The notes under the pieces were generated by a model. The model worked only from the letters and a program-made list of their open reading frames with translations, ran no database searches and was not told the DNA's origin. A DNA stretch of 64,000 nt from Candidatus Latescibacterota bacterium (GTDB lineage Bacteria > Latescibacterota > UBA2968), in assembly GCA_965204375.1 (NCBI GenBank), contig OZ241986.1, positions 1,664,001-1,728,000 of the forward strand. The letters are read 5' to 3'. Position 1 is the stretch's first letter. The number at the start of each line of letters is the position of its first letter. Position numbers and translations under genes: made by a program. Below, one piece after another: positions 1 through 8,836 of this stretch.

Positions 1-2
1 GA

Positions 3-386
3 CAGCCTGATGGCGACGCCCCCGAAAAAGAGCCTGGCATTTATACTCTGCGCTCATTCAAAGTCGCGCCCACCGACGTTTCGCGTTTTGTCGATTTATC
101 AGAAAATCAGTGGTGGCCCTGGGTCACCCGAGGCGAAGGCGTGCGCCCCATTGGCCAATGGATAACCAAATCAGCACCCGAAGACCGCATCTACATGATG
201 ACGCGATACGACAGCCTGTATCATTGGGAAGGCCATCACAGCAATGTCGGCACCATCGCACAACCCGATGATCCCGAAATGGGCAAAGTCTGGGAAATCG
301 GCCAAAAAGCCATTCAAGAGCGCAAAAAAATCACCATCGATACCAACGTCAAAGTTCTGCGTCCCATCACCAGCAGAAGACCATAG
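3..386 (+). CDS. NIPSNAP-like protein (5' truncated by window edge)
   Basis: Frame is open from position 3 (QPDGDAPEKEPGIYTLRSFKVAP...GVRPIGQW...IYMMTRYDSL). The IYxLRxF, PIGxW and YxSL pattern is NIPSNAP-like. Confidence 0.55.
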   Translation, partial: QPDGDAPEKEPGIYTLRSFKVAPTDVSRFVDLSENQWWPWVTRGEGVRPIGQWITKSAPEDRIYMMTRYDSLYHWEGHHSNVGTIAQPDDPEMGKVWEIGQKAIQERKKITIDTNVKVLRPITSRRP

Positions 387-425
387 ATCGTTTAATCATA
401 AACATCATTTTTTGGAGGAGCAACA

Positions 426-1172
426 ATGTCAATCGAGCAATTACAAGAAAATGGCCTAACCGGTCCTTTTGAGTTGGCAGACAAATCCCTCGTCGATGCC
501 GTATGTGAGGTCGGGATAGAACTACAAGCGCTACAACGCCAGGAAAATATCGTGCGCCAGTTGGCAGGACAAGAACCCCAATTTAGAACGAAGATCGATA
601 GACACATGGAATTCAAGGTGATGAGAGACCTCTGTCTCGATGACAATGTGAAGTCCGTGGTGTCCGAACATTTCGGCAATGATCTTTTTATCTGGGGTAG
701 CGTTTTTCAATTGAAATCTGAAGGCGTGTCAGAAAATATATGGCACCACGATCGCGCATACGAAAACGGTCGCGATCAAGTCAATCTCTATGATACCAGC
801 AACCACTTCACGGTTCTATTTGCGTTGACCGACATTGGGTACGGTGCTGGCCGCATCGAATATGTGAAGGGATCTCATCAACCCATTGATGGATGGAACA
901 GAGATATGCGATTTGTAAAAGAAGTGCCTGAACTCGTCCATGATAGGATCGGCACACTCACAATGGAAAGAGGCCAGTTCACGGTGTTTCATTCTCAAAT
1001 CATGCATCGCAGTCTGCCTTTTGAGTATGGCGAGCCAAGAATCTCATTGGCTGTAAGACTCGCGAGGAAGGGCACACAAATCCCCGATTATTATCCACAA
1101 AATCCAAATCCGGCCGCAGAAACACAAGGGATCGCCCGTTTCATCCCTTCAGCAACATTTGATTTTAATTAG
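426..1172 (+). CDS. Phytanoyl-CoA dioxygenase (PhyH) family 2OG-Fe(II) oxygenase
   Basis: WHHD (HxD) motif, GSH, distal HRS His and RISL Arg; GGAGGAG RBS upstream. Confidence 0.85.
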   Translation: MSIEQLQENGLTGPFELADKSLVDAVCEVGIELQALQRQENIVRQLAGQEPQFRTKIDRHMEFKVMRDLCLDDNVKSVVSEHFGNDLFIWGSVFQLKSEGVSENIWHHDRAYENGRDQVNLYDTSNHFTVLFALTDIGYGAGRIEYVKGSHQPIDGWNRDMRFVKEVPELVHDRIGTLTMERGQFTVFHSQIMHRSLPFEYGEPRISLAVRLARKGTQIPDYYPQNPNPAAETQGIARFIPSATFDFN

Positions 1173-1329
1173 AACCAGCCCCAAGCGCTGAAACCCATGA
1201 AATGGGTTATCGTCATCTAAACCAGAAAGATGTCCGTTATGAGACACACACGCTCAGACGGTCCAACCGAACTCACTTTCGAGCAAAAGGAAGTCGTTGC
1301 TGAGGCACAAAATTCGGGAGATCAAAGCG

Positions 1330-2598
1330 ATGCTTGAACTTGGTGTAATCGCAGATGATCTCACAGGTGGGATGATGGTCGCGAGTTTGCTCGAAAGAGA
1401 AGGCGTGCGTTGTCCACTGGTAACATCTGTTGATGCACTCAATACACTCGACGACGATGCACAAGCTGTGGTCGTTGGACGAAAACTCCTGATCCAACCC
1501 CCTGACGATGCCCGTGCCGATGCAAAACACACGGCTGAAGCCCTGCTCGCCAAAGGGACGAAACAGATATACTACAAATACAGTGCGCTCTTTTCCTCTA
1601 CAGCACGTGGCAATATCGGGCCTGTGGCAGAAACGTTGATGGACTTGACCCAGGCCGACCACGTATTTTTCTGTCCCATCTGGAAAAACACAACCATCTA
1701 TCAAGGGCGGTTGTTTCTTGGCGAGATCATGTTGCACGAATCACCCCGGCGCAATGATCCTGTAACACCGATGACCAATTCCAATCTTGTTGAAGTACTA
1801 CAGGAACAAAGCCAGGTCAAAGTCGGTCTTTTGCCATATCAAATTGTGGTGTCAGGAACAGACGCTTGCGAGAATTACATTTCAGAGCAGAAGGCTCTGG
1901 GTGTAAAGTTTTTTGTTGTCGACGTAATTCATGAGTCGGATCTTGAGCAATTAGCAACACTATCCAAAGATTTGCCATTGAGCACTGGCGCAGATCTACT
2001 CCCAGTGATGCTCGCCCGCAACTGGCAGGAAAATACAAGGAGCCAACCGAAAACATTACTGCCGCCTGCACCTGGTTATGAAGCTGTTATTTCTGGAAGT
2101 TGCACAGGAAAATCAGTCCGGCAACTTGCGCATTTCGAGCAAACGCATCCGGTGTTTCGCATTGACCTTTTAGAAGCAGCTCAAGACGCCAACATGGTTG
2201 ACCGCATTGTGGAATGGGCAAAAGACCGATTAGAAAAAGGGCCTGTAGGTGTGGGTACCTCAACGGATCCTGAAGGCGTAAAAAGAGCCCAAGCGGAGCT
2301 CGGGCGCGAAGGCGCTGCAACACTTGCCGATAAGCTTCTGTCCAGTGTTGCCCAGCATTTCTATCAGCACGGTGTGCGCAAATTTGTTGTGATGGGTGGC
2401 GAAACATCAGGGGCGGTCATGGCATCTTTAGGTATAGAGCAAGTTTCGGTGGCAACATTCGACGTTCTCAACGGTGGTTATTGTCACCGTGCAGGGCGCG
2501 ATCCATTGTCGTTGGTACTAAAAGCGGGCGGTGTTGGTGAAGGCAACTTTATTCATACCGCCCTGGAGCAGATGCGTGAAGCAGACAAAAACCAATAA
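1330..2598 (+). CDS. Four-carbon acid sugar kinase family (OtnK/YgbK, DUF1537)
   Basis: GVIADDLTGG N-terminus, YYKY, HESP..DPVTPMT.SNL, ISGSC, GGETSGAV, LVLKAGG. Start set at ATG 1330. Confidence 0.88.
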   Translation: MLELGVIADDLTGGMMVASLLEREGVRCPLVTSVDALNTLDDDAQAVVVGRKLLIQPPDDARADAKHTAEALLAKGTKQIYYKYSALFSSTARGNIGPVAETLMDLTQADHVFFCPIWKNTTIYQGRLFLGEIMLHESPRRNDPVTPMTNSNLVEVLQEQSQVKVGLLPYQIVVSGTDACENYISEQKALGVKFFVVDVIHESDLEQLATLSKDLPLSTGADLLPVMLARNWQENTRSQPKTLLPPAPGYEAVISGSCTGKSVRQLAHFEQTHPVFRIDLLEAAQDANMVDRIVEWAKDRLEKGPVGVGTSTDPEGVKRAQAELGREGAATLADKLLSSVAQHFYQHGVRKFVVMGGETSGAVMASLGIEQVSVATFDVLNGGYCHRAGRDPLSLVLKAGGVGEGNFIHTALEQMREADKNQ

Positions 2599-2608
2599 AG
2601 GAATACAT

Positions 2609-3268
2609 ATGGAAGATGATCCCGTTTATGAAATGGCCTTACGCGAGCAATTGGTTTTTTATTATAAAAAAGTTGGAGAGCTTGGCTTAAACGAAATGTC
2701 CTCTGGCAATCTGAGCGTCCGATTTGGCGACAAAATGCTCATCTCTCCCAACCACGCAACCGCAGACAATATTACCACAGAAACGATTGTCAAAGCCACC
2801 TTCGACGGTGAGTATGAAGGCGACCGCAAACCCTCTTCGGAATCGCCCATGCATGGTGCCATCTATAAAAAGCACCCCGAAGCCGGAGCAGTGGTTCACA
2901 CCCACTCCGATTACTGTGTTGCGGTATCGTGCCATGTGATGACCCTACCAGGCTTTCACTACCTCATGGGTGTGTTTGGCGGTAACGATGTGCCCTGTGT
3001 CCCTTATTCCACATTTGGCAGCCAATCGCTTGCCAAAGACGCATCCGAAGCGCTCTATGACCGCACCGCGTGTCTCCTCGGAAACCACGGCATGGTCTGC
3101 CACGGACCAACCTTAAAACGCGCTGTCAACCAGGCCCATCGTCTGGAAATCATGTGCCGACAATACGTGCTTTCCCGTCAGCTTGGCGAACCAAAATATC
3201 TGACCGATGACGATTGGTACGCGTTTCACAACAGAGGCAAGGAAAACCAATACGGCAAAAACGGTTAA
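2609..3268 (+). CDS. Class II aldolase/adducin family (FucA/Ald2-like)
   Basis: SSGNLS, PSSE.PMH, VVHTHS, FHY...FGG, LGNHG metal-binding motifs; AAGGAA upstream of ATG 2609. Confidence 0.88.
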   Translation: MEDDPVYEMALREQLVFYYKKVGELGLNEMSSGNLSVRFGDKMLISPNHATADNITTETIVKATFDGEYEGDRKPSSESPMHGAIYKKHPEAGAVVHTHSDYCVAVSCHVMTLPGFHYLMGVFGGNDVPCVPYSTFGSQSLAKDASEALYDRTACLLGNHGMVCHGPTLKRAVNQAHRLEIMCRQYVLSRQLGEPKYLTDDDWYAFHNRGKENQYGKNG

Positions 3269-3416
3269 GTCGGCAAAGTTGAGGGCGTGTGGACGATCGG
3301 TGGTATTTCGAGAATATAAAAATGAGGGATTAGTAAGGAGGAATATCTTGAAAATTACATCGGTAAAAGCAGTTCACGCATCTAAAACGCGCTGAAATGC
3401 CTCGATCCCTGTTCGA

Positions 3417-4205
3417 TTAAGGTGGCGGGGGTCTCTCAATTTTAGACAAAACAGTAACAGCCCTTGTATGCATGGCGTTAATGCTATCATAGGTTGACTG
3501 CGAAAGCACCAGGTCTGCTCGCATCTTGTCGAGATTTCTCGTTTTCTCCGCAACCAGACTGTCCCATACTGATTCTTCGCGGAGATACACAGCCTTTGCG
3601 TCGATTAAAACTTTTTCCCAGTGGGCTATTTCCTTCACACGCTTTTTAGGTTTCTCAATAAACTTCCAAAGGATATTACCCGCTGATTTATAATTCCTTT
3701 TGAGCCTTTCAAGCTGCACCCGTTCTTTCGCAACCGAGTCCGTCGCTATTTTCAGGAGTTTGGTTAAATGAGCCTTGTAGCCACTCAAAGACGCCATTCT
3801 CAAATTTTCTTCATAGCGTATAGAGTCCCTTTCCAGGGTGCGAATTACGCGCTTTTTATGGTCAATCTTCCAATCCCATGAACTCAGATGCTTTTCCCTG
3901 ATTCTTTTTTCTTCAGCAATATGCCAATTACGCACCTCGGCCAGCTTTTTTTCTACCGTCTCAAAATCCCGCTTCTTGTAATAGAGGTTTTCTCTTTCAA
4001 ACGTTGCCCATTCATCGAATTTTTCTCTTTCGGCGGCAATGGCTACCATCTGCTCTGTAATAATCTCCATTGTTTTTTTTCGCATCTCGTCGAGACGTTC
4101 AACTTCTTGTAGTGCCATCGTCAGCTTTTCTTCTTGCGAAGGCCCACAGCCTACAAGATAAACAAACAGGAGACCGCACACACAATGGGCTTTATTAAAC
4201 ATCAC
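3417..4205 (-). CDS. Hypothetical coiled-coil lipoprotein
   Basis: Lipobox LVG-C after a hydrophobic stretch; the rest is K/E/R-rich and helical; GGAG RBS. Confidence 0.65.
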   Translation of the reverse strand: MMFNKAHCVCGLLFVYLVGCGPSQEEKLTMALQEVERLDEMRKKTMEIITEQMVAIAAEREKFDEWATFERENLYYKKRDFETVEKKLAEVRNWHIAEEKRIREKHLSSWDWKIDHKKRVIRTLERDSIRYEENLRMASLSGYKAHLTKLLKIATDSVAKERVQLERLKRNYKSAGNILWKFIEKPKKRVKEIAHWEKVLIDAKAVYLREESVWDSLVAEKTRNLDKMRADLVLSQSTYDSINAMHTRAVTVLSKIERPPPP

Positions 4206-4524
4206 TCATCTCCATTTTGAAAAGTTTCTTGGTTGGCTTCGGTGTTTTGTCCTGTGTTTTAATTGGTCTTTTCATACCTGAAATAATATTCCGCAACCGC
4301 CTGTTTTAGGCCCGCTCTTTGGCAAGGTCGGCTCTCTGTTCTCCGAATGTGCTCCTACCGCTATATTATTATCTCTCTCGCAGGCAATGGCAAGGCAATT
4401 CTCGACAATCTCCTATTCGTGTATGCCTAAAAAAATACGATAAGATTAAAAAAAGGCAATTTGCATAGGTGATGGGCGATTGATGCTATTATTCACCAAA
4501 ACTGAGCAAGTCCATTTAGAAAAG

Positions 4525-4541
4525 TTGGCATAATTTTTGCC
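4525..4541 (+). promoter_or_regulatory. Putative sigma54 -24/-12 promoter
   Basis: TTGGCATAATTTTTGCC has exact GG-N10-GC spacing and is intergenic, upstream of the small ORF and AAA genes. Confidence 0.4.
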
Positions 4542-4686
4542 TTGCTCTGTTAAACGGGAATTATATACAAAATCGCACCACGTTTTTAAAAAAGAATAAG
4601 ATTTTTTCGGAATATTTGAATTAGGGGAGGTATAACCATGTGGAAGCGTTAATCAAAAATGAGGTATTATTCAGGAGGGCTGTATC

Positions 4687-4833
4687 ATGAGTAAAATTGG
4701 AAAAGCTATTATTTTGGTCATGCTGGTCATGTACCTTCGGGGAGAAAGCACATGGAACTCCTGGATGTACCGGGCGTCAGTACCCTACATTAACAATTGT
4801 GGGGTACTGACATGGCTGCGCGAAAAGACATAA
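4687..4833 (+). CDS. Small hypothetical protein, 48 aa (MSKIGKAIILVMLVMYLRGESTWNSWMYRASVPYINNCGVLTWLREKT)
   Basis: Translated by hand (below the ORF-track cutoff); strong AGGAGGG RBS 7 nt upstream; signal-like N-terminus. Confidence 0.4.
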   Translation: MSKIGKAIILVMLVMYLRGESTWNSWMYRASVPYINNCGVLTWLREKT

Positions 4834-4946
4834 GTACTCATTTTTCGGTTGTCTCTGTCACCCAAGTATTGTACATTCGCAGGGACAACACCGACGCGAT
4901 GGCGTGTAATTTTGACCGAGAGGTGGTTTGTTATGGTGGGAAAAAA

Positions 4947-6410
4947 ATGACACCAAATTCGATTGAAGAACATATCAGAGTAAGAATTAGGAATATAGGG
5001 AAACTTAGAGACGCAGAAATCCATGTCGGTCAGTTTACTGTGTTTGCTGGGACAAACAGCACAGGAAAAAGCTCTGTGTCTAAACTCTTATATTCTTTTT
5101 TTAGCGCAACAAATCCACATCCCGGTGAAACGTATCTATATACCATTGTGCAAGACGTCTGCGATAACTTAAAGGCAATGGTAAGTGTGTACGAAGAAGA
5201 TGAGGATGAAGCTCCCGAAATCAGCATGTATGGGGACTACAGCACATTCAGGGGGTGGTTAGGCAGGGTAAAATCCGAGACCGCAAAATTACAATCTCTT
5301 GGCGATGTGGAGTATTCTCTAAGTGAAAGCATTGCAAAATTAGCCAATCAAGTAGATGTGCTTATTGCCATATTTTCTGAGATGCACTTTGAAAGAACGA
5401 AGAAGAAAAGACGTCGTAGAGATATAGGTTCTTCAATATATGATGACTTTTCCCCAAGTAATGTGAAAGATTCATTAAAAAAATTAAAAGAAAAGCTCCA
5501 AATCAGCCCAGAACAATCCATTGTTAATGGCTTATCACTTCAGATTAGAAAAAATTTGGTCAGCAATTTTCAAATACCAAATGCTTCTGATTTAATAGGC
5601 TCAGAAAGGCATCTGGCAGCAGAGGTTGAAATAGGTGACTTTGGTACATTTTGTTTGCTAAAAAACAAAGAAGTCCAATTCGTGCCCAATGACAACAAGT
5701 CTTTATTAGAACGGTTACAATATTACAAGAGGCACTCGGATGTCATTTATTTAGAATCTCCAATTCACTGGAAAGTAAAAAATGCTTTGACGCAGGATCG
5801 CTACTTGTTTTTCTCCTCCATTGGCAGGAGAAGGCAACCGTTGACTGGTGTGCCTGGATACTTTCGTGATCTTGTGAGAAAACTGGAGACCATCTACACA
5901 GGAGATATGGATTTTTCGGACATATATGCCGAGTTGACTGGGGAAGATGTCATTGGCGGGAAAATCGCACTCTCTGAAACAGGAGTCCTTTCTTTCCAAG
6001 AAAACAACCGTAATTTTCCCTTGCCTGTTACTGCTACGGGAATCACAAATCTCGGCATGTTGGCCTTGCTGATTGAACGTAAAGTATTAAATAAAGGCAC
6101 ATTTCTTTTTATTGATGAGCCAGAAGCCCACTTGCATCCGTCATGGCAAATATTTATGGTAAAAAACCTTTTCGCGCTATCCCAGCAGGGCGTAAACGTC
6201 GTGATTGCCACACACAGTGTAGATATTCTTAAATGGCTGTCGGTTCATATAAAAAACAATCCAGAGGATATGCGGCGCGTTGCACTCAATCACTTTGACA
6301 ACGACAACACAACCGCAGAGGACGCCGAGGACACCTTTGAAGAAAAAATGGATAAAATTATGTACGAACTGACGAAGCCTTTCTCAGACCTATATATTGA
6401 GGGTATATGA
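4947..6410 (+). CDS. AAA_15/AAA_21-type (ABC-like) ATPase
   Basis: IRNIGKL start, Walker A GTNSTGKS, Walker B/D-loop LFIDEPEAHLHP, ATHS switch; AT-rich DNA. Confidence 0.85.
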   Translation: MTPNSIEEHIRVRIRNIGKLRDAEIHVGQFTVFAGTNSTGKSSVSKLLYSFFSATNPHPGETYLYTIVQDVCDNLKAMVSVYEEDEDEAPEISMYGDYSTFRGWLGRVKSETAKLQSLGDVEYSLSESIAKLANQVDVLIAIFSEMHFERTKKKRRRRDIGSSIYDDFSPSNVKDSLKKLKEKLQISPEQSIVNGLSLQIRKNLVSNFQIPNASDLIGSERHLAAEVEIGDFGTFCLLKNKEVQFVPNDNKSLLERLQYYKRHSDVIYLESPIHWKVKNALTQDRYLFFSSIGRRRQPLTGVPGYFRDLVRKLETIYTGDMDFSDIYAELTGEDVIGGKIALSETGVLSFQENNRNFPLPVTATGITNLGMLALLIERKVLNKGTFLFIDEPEAHLHPSWQIFMVKNLFALSQQGVNVVIATHSVDILKWLSVHIKNNPEDMRRVALNHFDNDNTTAEDAEDTFEEKMDKIMYELTKPFSDLYIEGI

Positions 6411-6970
6411 GTCACCTCAACAAGTACTGGGAGACTATTAAACTCGCAGGCAAGTCCATTAAAAACTGCTATGCGTACTGTATGGATGGCGAACCTCCTT
6501 GTCCCAATGATATGAGAAAAGATGTAGGTTTAGGCACATGCAGTTGTGCCGATTACTTCAGCCCCCAAAGCAATTCTATTCTCATCATTGAAGAAGGCCA
6601 GATCGCAGCAAGCGTTGATAGCTATAAAAATGACTACGAATTTTGTAATAGTACTGACCAGACAAAGTACGCCGAGAAACAACTTCTAAAAGAATTTCAG
6701 CTTAAAGCCTATGGATCATTGATTGTGTTGTGCCGTTTATCCGCAATCTGCGAAAGCGTGAGAGATTTGTTAAAAAACAAAAAGTATGAATATTGGGTTA
6801 TTGTAAGCGACAAAAAATACAATGTGCAATTTTTGGAACATCTCACAAGCAATCTAAAAAGCACTCTATCAAAGCAAATCGTAAAAAGTGTCAAAGTGAT
6901 ATTCCGAGATGATTTTGAGGAAGAATTCCGCAAGGGGGAGAGTTTAAAAATAACTGATTGTAATAACTGA
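6407..6970 (+). CDS. Hypothetical partner of the ATPase (possible PD-(D/E)xK-like fold)
   Basis: ATGA overlap with the ATPase stop codon; CADY...ILIIEE pattern; AT-rich. Confidence 0.65.
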   Translation: MSHLNKYWETIKLAGKSIKNCYAYCMDGEPPCPNDMRKDVGLGTCSCADYFSPQSNSILIIEEGQIAASVDSYKNDYEFCNSTDQTKYAEKQLLKEFQLKAYGSLIVLCRLSAICESVRDLLKNKKYEYWVIVSDKKYNVQFLEHLTSNLKSTLSKQIVKSVKVIFRDDFEEEFRKGESLKITDCNN

Positions 6971-7138
6971 TTGTCTGAAACAAAAAAGCAGTGCGAGATG
7001 ACGAAAATAAAACGGGAAGGTTCAATATGAAAATATTCATACGTGCTTCCCGTTTTTGTATTGAACCCCAGAACAAATTTAGCCATATTAAATATACGCC
7101 AATAAGTTTATAAAAATCAAAAATTTATGGAGTTAACC

Positions 7139-7285
7139 ATGAACGGACTAATTGCCTTTTCTCAGCGTTTTTCTACGCCAGATGAATGTCTTGTCCACAT
7201 TGAATCTGTGCGCTGGGAAAAGGGCGAATTTTGCCCGAAGTGTGGTTCTACGGAAAAGATATACCATTATCAAAAAGGCGTATAG
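7139..7285 (+). pseudogene. IS1595-family transposase N-terminal zinc-ribbon fragment
   Basis: Hand translation MNGLIAFSQRFSTPDECLVHIESVRWEKGEFCPKCGSTEKIYHYQKGV* matches the F...C......RW..G..CPxCG pattern; no DDE domain follows. Confidence 0.75.
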
Positions 7286-7359
7286 CTTATGAAAAACTGC
7301 ATCAATCACAGGCTTGAAATACAAGCCCTAAACTCTCCACCGAAGCGGGGCAACCCCAA

Positions 7360-8127
7360 TTAGACGCCCGTGGTCAAGAGACCGCCATCTACCGGTAGGG
7401 AGACGCCTGTAATATTGCCAGCCGCTGGCGAACAGAGAAAGGCAACAGTTCGTCCGATGTCCTCGGGAGTGCCACGGCGCTGCAAGGGTATATTGGCTTT
7501 GAGGTTGTCGGACGCGCTACCCACAGACGGAGCCTGAGTGCCAAAAATATGGGTCAGGTCCATATACCCCGGCATCACGGCGTTGCAGCGGATATTGTGG
7601 TGACCTAAGTCCACAGCCATGCTCTCGGTGAGACGCAGAACACCCGCTTTGGCCACTCCGTAGGCCGTATCGTCGGGCCAGGCGCGGTAGGCATGGACCG
7701 AGGAAGTACTGACAATGCAGCCTCCCTCGCCCTGTTGTACCATGATGCGGGCGGCCTGTTGACTACAAAGAAAAAAGCCTTTGAGACACACGTCCAGGGT
7801 CAAATCCCAGTTTTTTTCGGTGATTTCGAGGAAGGTAGCCCCACTTCCGGCATAGGGATTGTTAACCAGGATATCAAGGCGATTAAAACGTGCGGTGAAG
7901 GCGGTGAACATCGCTTCTACCTGTGCTCGGTCGGATATATCAGCCTGAAAGAAGTCGGCTTCTCGCCCTTGATCCCGGATCAGTTCCAGGGTCCTGTCGG
8001 CATCGGCATCTCGTTCCAGATCATTGATGCCTACATCACAGCCTGCCTCAGCCAGAGCAAGGGCAATTCCGCGACCGATATTGCGGCGTCCTCCAGTGAC
8101 GAGAGCCTTTTTTCCATCGAGTGACAT
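7360..8127 (-). CDS. SDR family oxidoreductase
   Basis: TGGRRNIG glycine motif, LVNN, catalytic S and YGVAK, C-terminal ITG..LPVDGG; GGAGG RBS before ATG 8127. Confidence 0.92.
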   Translation of the reverse strand: MSLDGKKALVTGGRRNIGRGIALALAEAGCDVGINDLERDADADRTLELIRDQGREADFFQADISDRAQVEAMFTAFTARFNRLDILVNNPYAGSGATFLEITEKNWDLTLDVCLKGFFLCSQQAARIMVQQGEGGCIVSTSSVHAYRAWPDDTAYGVAKAGVLRLTESMAVDLGHHNIRCNAVMPGYMDLTHIFGTQAPSVGSASDNLKANIPLQRRGTPEDIGRTVAFLCSPAAGNITGVSLPVDGGLLTTGV

Positions 8128-8359
8128 AGTGCGACCTCCCTTTTGGCGTAGTAGTGCAAGACTATTTATGAAATATTTGTAAATTTCAATATACACCAAA
8201 AACGGTGCGATGCGACAGAGAAAGCATGGCTACATCAAACCCCCTGCATCATCTTAAAAATTGCTTTCAATGATGAGGTGTGTTATCATTACTATTCACT
8301 GATTACCGGGGATAAAGCGTCCTGTCCTGCTTTTCACATCTGGGAACTCGCGTTTTGTT

Positions 8360-8836
8360 ATGACAAAAGAAATTGAGCGGAAGTTTTGCGTGCGAAAAAT
8401 GCCGGATCTAACGGCTTGTACAGGAGTAGAAATATCACAGGGTTATCTCTCGGTAGGCGAGAATGGCGTGGAGATTCGGCTGCGTCGTAAAGGCGACCGA
8501 TTTTATCAGACTGTGAAACAGGGCAAGGGTGTGCAACGGACGGAAGTTGAGGTGGAATTGAGCCAGGCGCAATTTGATACCCTCTGGCCTTTAACTGAGG
8601 GCAGGCGGGTCGAAAAAGTGCGCTATGAGATCGTCGAAGGGATATGGACAATTGAATTGGATGTGTACCGCGGTCGCCTGGAGGGTCTGGTGGTGGCCGA
8701 GGTTGAGTTTGAGACCGTAGATGAAAGTTCGCGCTTTGTCCCTCCGCCGTGGTTTGGACGAGATGTGACTAATGATGACCGTTACAAAAATGCGATCCTC
8801 GCACATAAGGGTAAGCCCGATGATCACGCGCAGTGA
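8360..8836 (+). CDS. CYTH domain (triphosphate tunnel metalloenzyme) protein
   Basis: EIERKF (ExExK) start, ISQGYL, IRLR, EKVRY, AEVEF, DVT.D.RYKN. Confidence 0.92.
   Translation: MTKEIERKFCVRKMPDLTACTGVEISQGYLSVGENGVEIRLRRKGDRFYQTVKQGKGVQRTEVEVELSQAQFDTLWPLTEGRRVEKVRYEIVEGIWTIELDVYRGRLEGLVVAEVEFETVDESSRFVPPPWFGRDVTNDDRYKNAILAHKGKPDDHAQ

Noticed and set aside
6709-7086. 125-aa minus-strand ORF in the islet
   Set aside because: Mostly antisense to the ATPase partner gene, no motif support.
7311-7357. GGCTTGAAATACAAGCC hairpin region as an ncRNA
   Set aside because: Short stem just downstream of the SDR gene; most simply a terminator or REP-like remnant.
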